From: Raillietiella orientalis
Lineage: Eukaryota
Assembly: GCA_036172245.1 (NCBI GenBank)
Contig: JAYWIR010000038.1
Location: 1,364,001-1,428,000, forward strand
Length of the DNA: 64,000 nucleotides
Reading direction: 5' to 3'
Shown here one piece after another: positions 47,135 to 59,462 of this stretch. The notes beneath the pieces were generated by a model that ran no database searches, was not told where the DNA came from, and worked only from the letters and a program-made list of their open reading frames with translations. The stretch's first letter is position 1; each line of letters begins with the position of its first letter. Made by a program: the position numbers and the translations under genes.

Positions 47135-50100
47135 GGGGCAAATTGAATTCTGTATTTCCTACCCCCACCATTCCCTGAGGCACTACTTGGACTTAGCGAA
47201 GGTGGTAAGATTCCTCCGTTCGTTGCATAGTCGGTTTTGCATAGTCGGAGCTCGAGTCAGAGAGGGCATGCTGTTGCACCGGAAAACCCTGGTGGATGGT
47301 GTTCCCTACCGAAAGCGTAGACTGCCCTCAGCCAGGTGGGTTGCCAGTCATCCTAGGAGCATTCGGGACGAATCGAAGACAAAAACTCATCCGCCAAGCT
47401 TACAGTATGCCCTTCAAGACTCTTTGCCACCATCCTCAGTTGCTTCTTCCAAAGACATCACATCCGATTATCTTGGGGATCTCGTGAGTGCCCCTGTGGA
47501 GTTCTCACCAGGAAGGAAGCGAAGGGCACCCGTGGCTGCTTGAAGAAACTCGGGAGTTTCCCCCCCCTACCCCGTTTTCTTGTGCACCTCCAGTGGGGAG
47601 TCTCTTCCGGAGAATGGTAGTTCACCTCGATGTTTCCACAAGTGGTCTCACGTAAAACACGGTCACGTGGCTGCCTCGATGTGGACATCGCTTTCCTGGG
47701 ATTCGGTTTGCGGTCTTCCTCAGTGGAAACCGAGGGGACCAAATAAATGGGGAGACGGAAACGAAGGTGATGGCAGTGTTGATGCACGAAGAGGAAATGC
47801 TGCTCTCCTGCTGAAGGTGAAGAATCCAGCGATCTTTCAGTTCCTTCTTTGTTTTTCGTCATTTTTTTCTTTCCTTCCTCCTTTTCCCAGCAACGGCTCC
47901 TCTGACTCTGCCTTCAGCCTTTGAGTGCTGTGCACGCCTCGATGCGCCCGACGAAAATCCGCTTCGTGGACTGTGGACTCGGACACGCGTTTGGCAGATG
48001 CTTTGACCTTGTTCTGGACCGCCATCGAAACAATGCCATCGAAGAGTTCCTATGCGGCGTGGGAGCTGCAGCCGCAGCCTGGATGTGGCGCAAAGAGATC
48101 GGGATGGTAATGGTGGATTGCTGGAGAAGGATGTGGCCGGAGGAGACGGGAGAGAACGGGCCGCACGGCTGCATGCTTTCGGGGGGCAGCGGCGGCCGTA
48201 CGTCCAACCTCCCAGGCCAGGAACCAGGAAGGACGGCTGCAAGGGCATCCGCAGCCTCCGATGCGGTTCGTAAAGGCAAGCGAGAAGACCGCGTGCAGCA
48301 CGCAAGATACTTCCGTGTGGTTTCAGCGGATGCGAGGCGGATCGGCGTCGTCGGGGCGATAGGAGCTCCCAGCCAGGGGGGAAGGGCGGCCGCTCAGGTC
48401 ATCTCATCACCTTGTACACGCGACATAAGTTGTCACTATCCATGTTTTCTTATCGTACTGCCGAGAAAAACCACTGCCGCTGCCAGGGTGATCACCTCGG
48501 CAACGACAATGAACAAAATTCTATTTATATCGGCTGACCATTCTCGTTTTTTCTCCGTGATGTATAGAATTTGTTAGGCTGTTTTTCGTCTTTGTGATAT
48601 TTTGAAAAATGTGAATGAATTATTGACTTATTCGAACTGTAATTTTTCAATAAATAATATGCGTTTGGGAAAAATGAGAATATTCTAGTCAACTTAATGT
48701 AAATAAACAATTGGAATGGTAACTTTTAATCAGCACTCTATAAGGTCAATCGCATTTGATCAGGTCATCACTTTATAACGTGCGCGAAGGAGCGCCCCGT
48801 CCACAGAGGTCGCCACCACGACTGGCGTGCCGTCAGCACGCAACTTGCAATCTGGTGAGCTCCTCACCCAAAGGGTTAAAAAGGTGGACCGTGGTCGGAC
48901 AGACGGAATTGCATCAAAGGGGGGGGAGTAGGGTCACTTGCTGCTGAAAGCCGCTTGGGTGACAAGAGTGGCGCGAAGACATCGGTGCAGTCGGCACGAA
49001 GCACTCGTAGCCGTTGGAACGTTCTGTCTTCCCGCTGCTGCGCCAACAGGACGCCGAACTCTGCGAAGAGCTGACCCGGAACCTTCCTCTAATCGTGGCA
49101 GCAAGAACTCGATGCGGAGAGCATTCGGCAAAAGGTCAGCGGTGCCGGTGAGGCAGCGCGAGGGAAGCGGGAGGTTGCCAGGAGCGCAAAGCGTAAGCAG
49201 AGCGGAATTCTCTTCTTGCGGACCTCGGATAACTTTGCTGCCGCACCTTCGAAACGCAGGCAAAGAGACTCATGGAGCTCCGGTGCTTCCGCGGGAGCGG
49301 CGAGCGCGTTCGACGGGTTGTCCGGCTTTTTGTGGCAGGCGCGGCAATGGGGGACGGGAGCGTTCGTTCCCGGTCCCCCGGCCTCCCTTCGAGCGTTGCC
49401 CTCAAGAATAAAGGGAACTGCGGAGGATCAGCATCCATCCTCTCGCGCAGCCGCAGGAGAGGGCGAGATCCGGGGTTCACCCACTTCTCCCGATTGCATT
49501 GCTGATGCAGGAACACGAATGGTTGCCATCCTGCAGCCCGCTGCACGGGAAGACTCGGCTGCGGGAATCACTGAGAACGTGGATCCGGGAGGAAGGGACG
49601 ACACTTCCGGAAGCAGCAGCATCAAGCAGACCCCCCTCCACCTAGCGAGGGTGCCAGACGATGTTGGTTTGCCCTCCAGATCTCAGCGCACGCGGTCATC
49701 GAGGGCACTGTGCGCCCATTACTCCATCGTTGGGATAGGGAGGAAGAGGACGCTCCTGCGGCGTGGAAGGTGACTTGCCGTATCTGCGGGGTCGCCAAGC
49801 CCGTGGGCCAGCACAAGGCCATTCGTCCAGCGAACGAGGTCACCACGGAACTTCCAGCTCGGGGTATCTCCGAGGATAGGGCAAATATCCTAAGGTCCCC
49901 TGGGAGGACTTCGAGATCCCTTCCACTCGCGTCGGTCCGAAACGGAAACGGGGAACCCTCATTGGGGATTCTGGAATCCATGAAATCCCCGCGGGGCAGT
50001 CCCGACGGGTGCGTCGATCGTTCGTGGTGAGAATTCATGGCGCTCCAATGCTCCCGCGGAGATGTCAGAGTGGCAGCTGCGTCCAAGTCAGCATCTGCAA

Positions 50101-51062
50101 CTGATTCGCAAGCATGTGGTCGCATCTGGGTGGACGGCATGAGGCGTGGCACGCCGGCACAGATTCAGTCTTGCATCTCTTATAGTTCCATCATCTTCCG
50201 ACAGTCGTTTTCACGCTTCCATTCAATCCGCTGTCGAGTCCCGCGAAGATTACGGTTGATTGGGCAGGAGCTCTGGTCGGCTGGCTGAACAAGTCAACAA
50301 AGAAAGTGGCCCCAATTGTATTTCTGGATATTCTGTAGACCCACACACTCTTTCGATGGTGGTAGTTGCTGTGTCTGCTGACTGTACTGCCTGACAATCA
50401 GCTACCTACATGGCAGAGAATGAGATGCTCCCAGTGCGCCTCCGAGTTGGGGAGGGGTAGTGGGACAAACAAGCGGATGCACCTCAGACACGCTCTTCTC
50501 CTTAACACTCGGTGCCTTCCAGCGCCCAGACGAGAGCGGATCGGAAAGGTAGATAAGCTATTAGAATCTGGAGAGTTTCTTTGGAGATCTGGCGTCTTTT
50601 ATTCCAATGCCTTTTATTCTTTTGTACATTCTCCAATAAATTCCAATTCTAAAGTTTTTTCTATTTCATATCGGGCAGCCGTTAGGCATCAAAGAGCAGG
50701 TGCAAGAGGAGCGTGTTTCCAGCTTAAGAAGTGGCGACTATTGTGAGTTAAAATGCACTGGGAGTTACTCGATTCCTCCTTCCAAACTGAAGATCTTCCA
50801 AACATACCTGGCATCTGTCGAAAACTCGAGGTAACCCAGATTTTCTCCTAGTCTTGTCCTACGATCTCTTCACTCTATTCACAGCATCGAGTGATGGATC
50901 ATAAAAAATAAACATACATGTTTATCACATATATAAATATATAAAAAACACATACATTTGACATCGTGAACATATGTACTTATAATATATGATAATTTAT
51001 CTCTCTATGTAAATGTAAAGGTAAACGTAGGCGTAAATGTATATGTATATGCATAGGAGACC

Positions 51063-51330
51063 GGGACCCGAAAGATGGTGAACTATGCCTGGCAAGGATG
51101 AAGTCAGAGGAAACTGGTGGGGATGCTCAGCGATCCCATCTTGCAAATTGATGGTAGGAGCAGGGACGAAAGATGAAACGAATTTTCCAGAAGCTGCTGG
51201 TTCCCTCCTAAGTTTCCCTCAGGGTCGCTGGTGCTCGTCGAAAATGAAGGAGAACGGAGCCGCATCCGATGAAGGGAATAATCAGAGGTCTTGGAGGCGA
51301 AATGATCCCGAGATTCGTCTCTTTGATCCC
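51063..51330 (+). pseudogene. Decayed 28S rRNA fragment, left part
   Basis: GGGACCCGAAAGATGGTGAACTATGCCTG, GCTGGTTCCCTCCTAAGTTTCCCTCAGG and AGAGGTCTTGG match conserved, colinear LSU core blocks. Confidence 0.92.
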
Positions 51331-51333
51331 CCT

Positions 51334-51578
51334 ATTCTCCTTCATTCATCCTCAATCTTCCTACCCCTAGTCTTTCTTAGAACATTAATTACATTGTCAA
51401 CCAATAATCGACTAATAATCTGATTAAGATTAGAAATCAATACAGTTTCCATATGTCCCATCATCTCAACCCCAACTACTCTATTCTCTGCACATTCTAC
51501 AACAAAATATTTCCTAATCCAAGCAGCTTCATCATCACTTTTTCTATTCACCTGTATTATTTTCAACTCCTTCCCCTG
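51334..51578 (+). pseudogene. nad2: NUMT: mitochondrial NADH dehydrogenase subunit 2 N-terminal fragment
   Basis: In the invertebrate mitochondrial code it reads open: ILLHSSSIFLPLVFLSTLITLSTNNRLMIWLSLEINTVSMCPII...STTKYFLIQAASSSLFLF, with the ND2 motifs WxxLEIN and KYFLxQA. G-poor strand composition. Confidence 0.88.
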
Positions 51579-51905
51579 CCTATTCGCAAACTTCAAATGG
51601 GCAAGAAGCCCAGTGGGAACTTTGCAGTTCGATTTGTCGGATCCAAGAACGGCCAGTGGGTCCATTTCGGTGAGCACATCTGGCGCCACAGGACGAATCA
51701 GATGTTGGGTCATGGCTCCCGATGCGACGCTCACCAGATCCCATGAAAGTTGTTGGCTGGTTGCTATGGAGAGCAGGACGGCGACGCTGGAAGTAGGAAT
51801 CCGCTAAGGGCTCGCCCGACGACTCACCCACCCGGAGTCACGCGCCCTGCGGGAAGTGAACTGCATCCCAGGAGTCCCGCCTGCACCCGGCCGCTGGGGC
51901 AGAGG
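51579..51905 (+). pseudogene. Decayed 28S rRNA fragment, right part
   Basis: CCTATTCGCAAACTTCAAATGGGCAAGAAGCCC, AGCAGGACGG...TGGAAGTAGGAATCCGCTAAGG and ACTCACC continue the LSU sequence from the left part. Confidence 0.9.
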
Positions 51906-53051
51906 CGTTCCTGAATTCCGGCACACCGCCGCTGTGGGATGGCGGGTTCCTTAGGTTCCGATGCACGCAGAAGAGGTTGGGCGCGGGGTTGCTTTGGGCT
52001 GTTTCAGTCCGGTTGATCCCAAGCCCCTGGAGAAATACATATATATATACATAGGGAGAGAGAAAGGGACAACGTATATGTGTAAATATATATTTATGTT
52101 CCGTTTCTCTCTATATATATGTATGAACATGTACATGTACATTTATTTTTATAATCGTTAATATATATATTAATAGGTATCATTACTTATATTAATAACA
52201 TGTATGTTAAAATGAATTTATGTAGCAATGTATGTCTTAATATACATAATAAGCATCTGTATTTATTTCGTACGATGTTTCGAGCTTTCGGCCTGATTAC
52301 CCCCACCTGGTCCATTCCGAGGTCCCGAGCAGAGCGCAGCCCGCGGAGGGTCGATGCCGCAGCGCGCAGCGCGTGGGCGCGGTTTCCGCCTCACCTAAGC
52401 CTTCCCTTTGAACGAAAACAGCAGTTTGCGCTAACGGTGGGAGGTGGCCAAATCCCTTTTGTCTCTTTGGCGCGCGCTTGTTGAGGATGCTCGCTCGATG
52501 AGTGCTTTGGGTGTCTGTCGCCCCTGGGGGCGCGAAAATCCGTCCTCATGGCACAGGGACGGCAGGCCTCTCAGGAGAGGCTGCGTCGTCGTCCATGTGT
52601 GAAGAATTCTGCGTGCGGGGTGTTCGCGAGAAGGCAGGAGAATCTCCCTCGAGGCGACGGGGATCCAGGGATCGGCGATGAGTTCTTCAAAGTTCCATTT
52701 CATATCGGGCCTGGAAATACACCCACGGAAAACCCAGGGGAAGATCCAAATGTCCTTCCGTCTGCAGAGAGCCCTGCTGCCGCTTCCTGGAACTGCGGCA
52801 ATCAGGGTCTTCCACCTTCCAAGGAATTCGTTAGAAAGTCCTTCATGCGGGATGGCAGTAGCGGATGCCGTCTCGTTCTGCTCGCCAGACGGAAAGCTCA
52901 AGTCTGCAATCTCACTTTATTGTGTGTGAGAAGACATCAGCAGTCGTTTGCAAAGGTCGCCGTCGACAGTCCCTGACCCATCAGACAAACACACCGTAGA
53001 ATAACTCCAGAGGCGCTCGGCCACATCTCAGAAGTTCTCTCCACATCCTCA

Positions 53052-54279
53052 TCAGGTCGGTGCAAAAATAATCGCGGTTTTTACGTATCGAGTAATCGAG
53101 ACGCACATATAGGTTAAATATTATAGTTATTAATAAGAATAATGACCATTGGCCTGCACATGTTCCTTCCATCGGGAAACAAGTTTTTTTATTCCTACAA
53201 GATAGAATTCTGGGCTCTTGGAATTAACGAATTCACCGAGAGCGCTTCGAGCTGCTGCCTGATCTTTGATAACCATCTCTCGCAGGAGGAAGTCACTCAA
53301 GTGTTTCAAAAAATGATACTCTGCCAGAGACAGGTCCGGAGAATGAGATGGGTGAGGTGAGGTTTCATCACCCGGTTCGTTTCGTTTTCTGAAAGTCGTT
53401 TGTGAGGAGTGTGGTCGGGCGTTGTCATGAAGAAGAATTAGTCCCCTTCGCCTGACTCATGCTGGCAGTAAACGATGCAGCCTCCCATGCATTTTTTCAA
53501 TTTCCTGACAGTATTCTTCTGCTGTTGCCGTTTCACCAGGATTCAAGAAGTGGTGGTGAATGATGCCACTTGCCGACCGCCAAACAGTGACCGTAATCTC
53601 TTTTTCATGAGACTCCGGTCGAGGAAACTGTTTCGGTGCTTCTCCTCGGTCCAGCCGCTGTGGCGATCAGGAGAGGGATCATTTTTGACATGCAAAAGAA
53701 GCGCAGAGCAGACTGCTTACGGCCGAACTGCTTTATGCTTGTTCCGCTCATGCGGCACCCATTGATCCATTGAGCTTTTTTGTTTTCCCAGTTAGGCTCA
53801 AATGTCGAACAACTGTTGAATGATCAACATTGACTTCTCCTGCCACCTCTGGAGTTGTTTTATACGTAGGTCCCGCTTCAATGGTGGTTCTTAAATCATG
53901 GATGTCTATAGCTCAAGGACCTCCGCGACTATCCTCATTTTCCAGGCTTTCTTTTCCTTCACGGAATTTTCGGAGCCAGCGTTGAGCTGCACTTCACTAC
54001 TAATCGGCTCTTCGCCAAAAACAAATTTGGTATTTCGAGAAGTTTCTGCTGCTCCACGCCCCAATTGAAACTCGTACAACAAAATCACGCGAATTGGCTT
54101 TTTTTCCATGACTAATTTAAGAGGTCAACAGTGCTAAAGAATGAAAGCAACAGACATAAGCTGAAATCAGTGGTGCCAATTTCGGCGTCCACAATATCAC
54201 ATGACTATAGCAATAGATATCGGTAACTAGAAAAATGGAAATGATAAAAAAATCCGCAATTATTTTCGCACCAACTGAA
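53052..54279 (-). mobile_element. Decayed mariner transposon (Hsmar1/cecropia-like)
   Basis: TIRs TCAGGTCGGTGCAAAAATAATCGCGGTTTTT and AAAATCCGCAATTATTTTCGCACCAACTGAA. Transposase remnants MEKKPIRVILLYEFQLGRGAAETSRN (from 54109) and ILLHDNARPH (~53438-53409). Length ~1.23 kb; frameshifted. Confidence 0.92.
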
Positions 54280-54999
54280 TCGCTTGTTCTTTTCTTGTGT
54301 GCTTTTTCACCCGACCACCTCGTGCTAGTTTGCTACTATACCGTCCATCCGATATTCAAACGGGTGGCACAGAGTGAATTTGCTGCAGGGACGTTTGCCA
54401 CGCGGATGCAAAAGCGATCTTTCAAGACTTTCGAGAACACGGTCAGTGTGCAAAATCCAGCTTTGTTTTTTTTCTTTCTCTCTCTCTGGAAGAACGAAAC
54501 ACCTAGGAGACCGGGAAAGGCCGAAGCAGAGCTTGCCGTGCCAGCGTTCAAGTTCCTTCGGAAGAAAGGGAAAGCGGCCGTTCGCTCTTTTTCGTAGGTC
54601 GGCTTGCGATCGGTGATCAAAGCAAAAAGCAGAGCTCAGGAATTGAGGGACGCACCCACAAACAACGAGGGAAGTCAACGGGAATCGTTCTGCTCCTTGA
54701 GAGATCGTAAAAGCACCTTCGTACGATGGAGGAACTAAAAAGCGAGGAACCTGCATCCAGAACGAATTTTATCACTCCGATGCAAAAATCGGCGGCAGGA
54801 AACGTCCACAGGTCTGTCCGCGTCACGCTGCAAAGAGGCGTACGAATGAATCCCGTTTTTCCTCAGGTCCGACAAGTGGTCAAATGTCAACAAATCGCAC
54901 TCATTCGGTCACATTCCATCTGTGGATGACCACAGTCCGCCGTTTTCCACGCACGGCGTCCTTTGGGGTGTCACCATCGGGGTCGTTTCCTTTGAAAAG

Positions 55000-55820
55000 A
55001 GTCACTGGGGACTGGAGGGCAGTTCACTCTCTGCTATATTCTTCAAGATGTAGCGGTACGTCCAGGAGTGTATCCAGCCGCAGTTCCTGATATCTGTCTC
55101 TCTTCCTATCAGTCCCTGTAATATGTTGACGGCGGGGGTTTTAGCCCCCATGTTCCTCATCTTTGTCCTTCTTATCACGGCGCTTGTGTTGAAGAGGGCG
55201 ATGGTGGTCCGAGCCATGCGATTGTACCGCGGAACATTTGCGAATCCATCGAACAGTCCCGCTAAAATCAGCACTCTTGTGGTCGAATCACCGCCTTCAG
55301 CGTCCTCCAGCCCTGGCGCAGCATCGGGCAGGTGAGGACATGGAGCAAGGTTTCCCTGCTGCCATACACCTTGCAGAGCCCGTCTTTGATGTTTCCAGTC
55401 CAATGTCTTATCCTGCTCCCACTCAGAATGCCTTCATGGTAAAGCAGGAGGAGATCGTCCCGAGTGTCTGGTGGTAAGCCGCTCCTGAAGACTGTGCTTC
55501 CAACCGCTTGTAGGTTCACCATCCGAGACCCGTAGCAGTTGGCAGCCCTGGTGAGGAAGTCTTCTTGGTAGTTGTCCTTCATCACTTCGAGGACATTGGC
55601 TTCGGTCACCAGGATCCAGGCGTTGATCCAACATGATGTTTCCAAAGCTCTCGCCTTGCAGGTGGATCTCCCCTCATGTTTTGAGCTTAGCGAAATAGTC
55701 GCATCTTGCGGACGTTGCCACTGGTTGCAAACTTCGCAGTCGCGGATGGTCATTGCTGGCTTCTGGAATATCCATTTCCAGATCCCCCTGGGCACCGGTA
55801 GAAAATACGAGATAACCACG
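55000..55820 (-). mobile_element. L1/Tx1-like LINE ORF2 C-terminal relic
   Basis: LPPDTRDDLLLLYHEGILSG...GLCKVYGSRETLLHVLTCP resembles the zf-RVT region. Confidence 0.6.
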
Positions 55821-57349
55821 GACAGTTCTTCCTTCCACAGTTTCTTTTCTTGGAGGCACTATTTTGAAGCGGCGAGAGACTGGGTATGAGTTCCTTATCA
55901 AAGGGCCCGAATTCTGAATCCTCCATCAGAAAACACATTTACGATTTTTTTTCTTCGTTTCCATAGTGATATAACAGATAGCAAGAAGTATATAGAAAAT
56001 GAAGTTTCAATTGATAACTGAAACTCTCACTACAGAAACACCGATAAAGAATTTTGTAAGGAATTTTCATAGAAGTTCAAGGAATCCTTTTTAATCGATG
56101 ATCTCATGAAAGTTCTTCATTTTTGTAAGTACTGATTGGACTGTCCATCCGAATCTTCCCTATTTCATACTACTTCCCATCTTAATTTTCGAGGGACGCC
56201 AGTAGTGCAGTTCGGGATGAAGAATGCGGCCAAGAAAAACCATGGTCTCATCTGGCGAACTGTTTGAAAAAATAGCAGATTTCCACTCTCATCTCCATTC
56301 TCATTTTTCTTAAACTGCAATCTCCTCCATCAAAAGAATACACTTCCCTTCCATCCTTGGTTGATGACACCATGTTTGACAGGAGCTTTCTCTTTCATCC
56401 TTGATGGGTTGCCAAGAAAACCCAACTTTCTCATTTTTTTCAATTGCATCGTTGCCGATGGCGGCTGACACAGCGCATCTTCCAATTCATGATGCCCGAT
56501 TGGGGGAAACTGAATTCAAATCCAACTGCAGATTCGGTGAGCCCGAAAACTTACTGTCATCAGGCGTCGCAGTTATCCACATTTATCCTTCCACATAACA
56601 GGTAATTTTTCTTCATCCGTCGACCACATCACTTACGTTGCTCTCGTAACTGCATCCAAGTTTTAATTTTCAATTGTGCTGACGCATGAGCCCATGATAC
56701 ACGTACGGAGCGCTTTTCCCACTGACCCTTTCCCTCCGTCCACAGAAAGCTACAGCTCATCTTTCAATGGAACCCAGATCGTGAAGCAAGGTTCAAAGTT
56801 GAGGGAAGTTCCAGGTTCCAAGAGAGGATGGAAAAAGACAGTTGACGTTTTCCAGGAACGAACGATCCTGCAAGAACCTCCAGTAGTTCCATCAAGCGGT
56901 GGGAACATGGGTTCCACAAAGAAGACTGCGGTTGCAATCTGCCACCAGCAGACCTCTGTGTCATCTCGGCTTGGGCTTGAGAAGTGTGGCTGCAGCAGCT
57001 TCAGCTGGGAGCAAAGGTCGAACGCATACTTAATCAAAATGCAATCCAAGAGGTAGCAGGGAGCAATGAGAATCGATATAAACACGTGAAGAGTCCATGT
57101 TTTCTACAAGTAATGAATGATTTTTAGATTGCTGTCATGAAATGACAACAGTTATCATCATGAGTTTTGGAGATTTTGCTTAGACAGAGAAAACCCCTGG
57201 AAACCCTTTTTTTTAATATCTGACTTTATCCATTTAAAAAAAAAACAAAAACAAAAAGGCCAGTAGCGGGACCTAGGATATCGTCACCATTGACCCAGGT
57301 TGGTGGAAATACTTTATGGTTCTTCTGTTTTCGCTGCTTTTCTTTCATT

Positions 57350-57830
57350 TTTTTTTTCTTAGGTGTTCTCTCTTTTTTTGGCTCGCTGAGCTCTGGAGAA
57401 CCACTCGCCTTAGCGAATGCTCACAGAGCTCTTTAAGCACCGCCCACGCCCTCGAGGGTGCGTGCCGACTCTTCAAGTTGGAGGAGTGACCCCGGAGGGA
57501 GCACCCTGTGAATCCAGGAAGGTGCCGGAGGAAGGCATCCCTTCCTTTCTCACTCTTGGGGTGGACGGGGAGGACCCCGAAGGGTACCTCTTTCCAGAGG
57601 AATCCCCCGTAGGAGAGGTTACCTTTCTCCTCTGGAGGGAAACCGAAAAAGATCCGCTCCTTGTTTCCTCCCCTGAAGAGAATCCCACGACATCCTTCGG
57701 AAGAAGGGGAAACTCGAAACCCAAGATGCACCCGTTTCTCGGCGTCGACCTTTCCCCTCGGGTGGGATTCGAACCCGCAGCGCTCGGTACCGCGCGCGCG
57801 GAGACCGCAGCCACACGGCGCTGCCAACGC
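57350..57830 (-). mobile_element. tRNA-headed SINE-like repeat, copy 6 (best-preserved head, A-rich tail)
   Basis: Minus strand: GCGTTGGCAGCGCCGTGTGGCTGCGGTCTCCGCGCGCGCGGTACCGAGCGCTGCGGGTTCGAATCCCACC (clear B box), family body and tail, then A-rich end. Confidence 0.8.
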
Positions 57831-59234
57831 AGAAATACCGTCTTAGATCGGACATGCCGTTATGCCGTACGCGTCATACACAGACTGGTGCTTCACAGTC
57901 AAAAACTGGAACTGGTCCGATGGACCATTATCCATCAAGCAATGGAACAAGAAAACATTGCTCACATGCCATCATCTCCAAAGAAGAAGCAATAACAGGA
58001 ACTTGGCACCTGCAAGCATACCTGCAGATGCATGAACATAGGACTTTGTCTCAACTTAGAAGACAGTCATTCCACAGATCGCACCCTGAGCACGCTAAAG
58101 GGAGCATCCAGTCCAATATCGATTACTTCTCCTAGCAGGATACAGTACCCTGGGCATTTGGGGCACCAGGACTCGAAGAGCAGGACGACACATACGAAAA
58201 AAGGACGGGACATCTTCCGAACGGGCACTCTTTCCAAAAATCTCTCTCAGATCCTCATAATCCTACAATCAGGAAAAGATGAATGCTACACACCAATTTT
58301 TATTCGAAGAACATTACATCCATCAAAGAATGCATTCGTCTACATAGAGCTACCTACCATATTAATTCCGTGTTGAATTTTCAACTCAGAGAGTGGCAGC
58401 TACAGGTTATTAACATTCTCAGACATCCTACCCACTTACGAAACAACATCTGGATCAAGGATGAACGAGGTAGTGGCGGACTCTGTGGCTTTATCTTGAA
58501 ATTAGGCACTTAGAGATCCTTTTGGATATAGGGCGTTTGGAGTGCCACTCTCTGGGTCAGCAACGGAACCTGCTGGTTTCGTTGCTGACTTTTTCTGAAA
58601 CTTCTGTAAAAGATTTCCGGTTAGTCCTGTGTAACCTCTGTGTGGTTCAGTTCAAAATCCCGAAGGTCGTAAACTTGAAAGGTCATGAAAAATAAATATA
58701 CATGCCCATTGTGTATATTAATATGTGCCGGTTCCCCATCCTTGTGGATTGGCCATAGCGTGTACGACCTATCCGTGAGGATCCGAGAGGGTGAGGAGGC
58801 GGTAGGAAGGCAGCCCTAGTCTCCTACTCTTGGATGCCCATTTCAAACTGACGCCGAACGGGCATGGGAAGATTTTGGCAACTCTGCCCTCATCCTGCTC
58901 TTGCCCTCTGGCCCTGGCAGCTTGAGCCGACCATTTCCTTCTCCTGTGTCCCATGTCCACTCCGGAAGCACCTATCGGCAAATTAGAAAGGGCATGGAGA
59001 TGAACAGGATGGTCGTTTCTACACGTTCCACGTGGGCTAGACCGGCACCACCTAGAAATCCTTAGGCACCAGGAACAGGTGGACACGGAGGAACCTGAAA
59101 TCCCACCGGACTACTTTCCTGAGGAATTCTTCTCTCCTCTCCGTAACGGACCACCGGCTGGAATGCACACGTCCCCCCTCGTCCTGCTTCCGCAGCTATT
59201 CGTATGTCTCCCTTCCAAAGCTGGATATCACACT

Positions 59235-59462
59235 CTACAAAGAGAAACTCTGTGAACTCAAGAAGATTCTTCTTGAGACCTTGCTGATTCTTGGAATCTT
59301 GATGCCAGGGCGCAAGGAATTGCAACTCCAGTGCCACAGACTCTCCCTGGAAAGCAAGCGTTGAACACCATATCCCCAGGCGCACGATGACTTCAAGGGC
59401 ACCCCCTGTTCCCTCGTGGAGTCAGGACACTGAGCCTCTGTGGTTTCCCCTTCAGTGGTCAC
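59235..59462 (-). mobile_element. Further decayed copy of the L1/Tx1-like zinc knuckle region
   Basis: ...RESLWHWSCNSLR shares ESLWH with the 31260 copy. Confidence 0.35.

Larger units (their letters stand above)
50897..52277. mobile_element. AT-rich foldback-like element (same family as 40699-41523) enclosing rDNA/mtDNA-derived sequence
   Basis: Left arm GATCATAAAAAATAAACATACATGTT...TCTCTCTATGTA (50897-51050) is loosely inverted in 52030-52160. The reverse complement of 52240-52270 matches 40780-40812. Confidence 0.55.

Noticed and set aside
56250..57110. Minus-strand VYIDSHC resembling a TatD N-terminus
   Set aside because: One short motif with stops nearby and no convincing downstream motifs.
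57765..57825. tRNA-like sequence with a B box
   Set aside because: No complete cloverleaf; it is the head of the SINE-like family.
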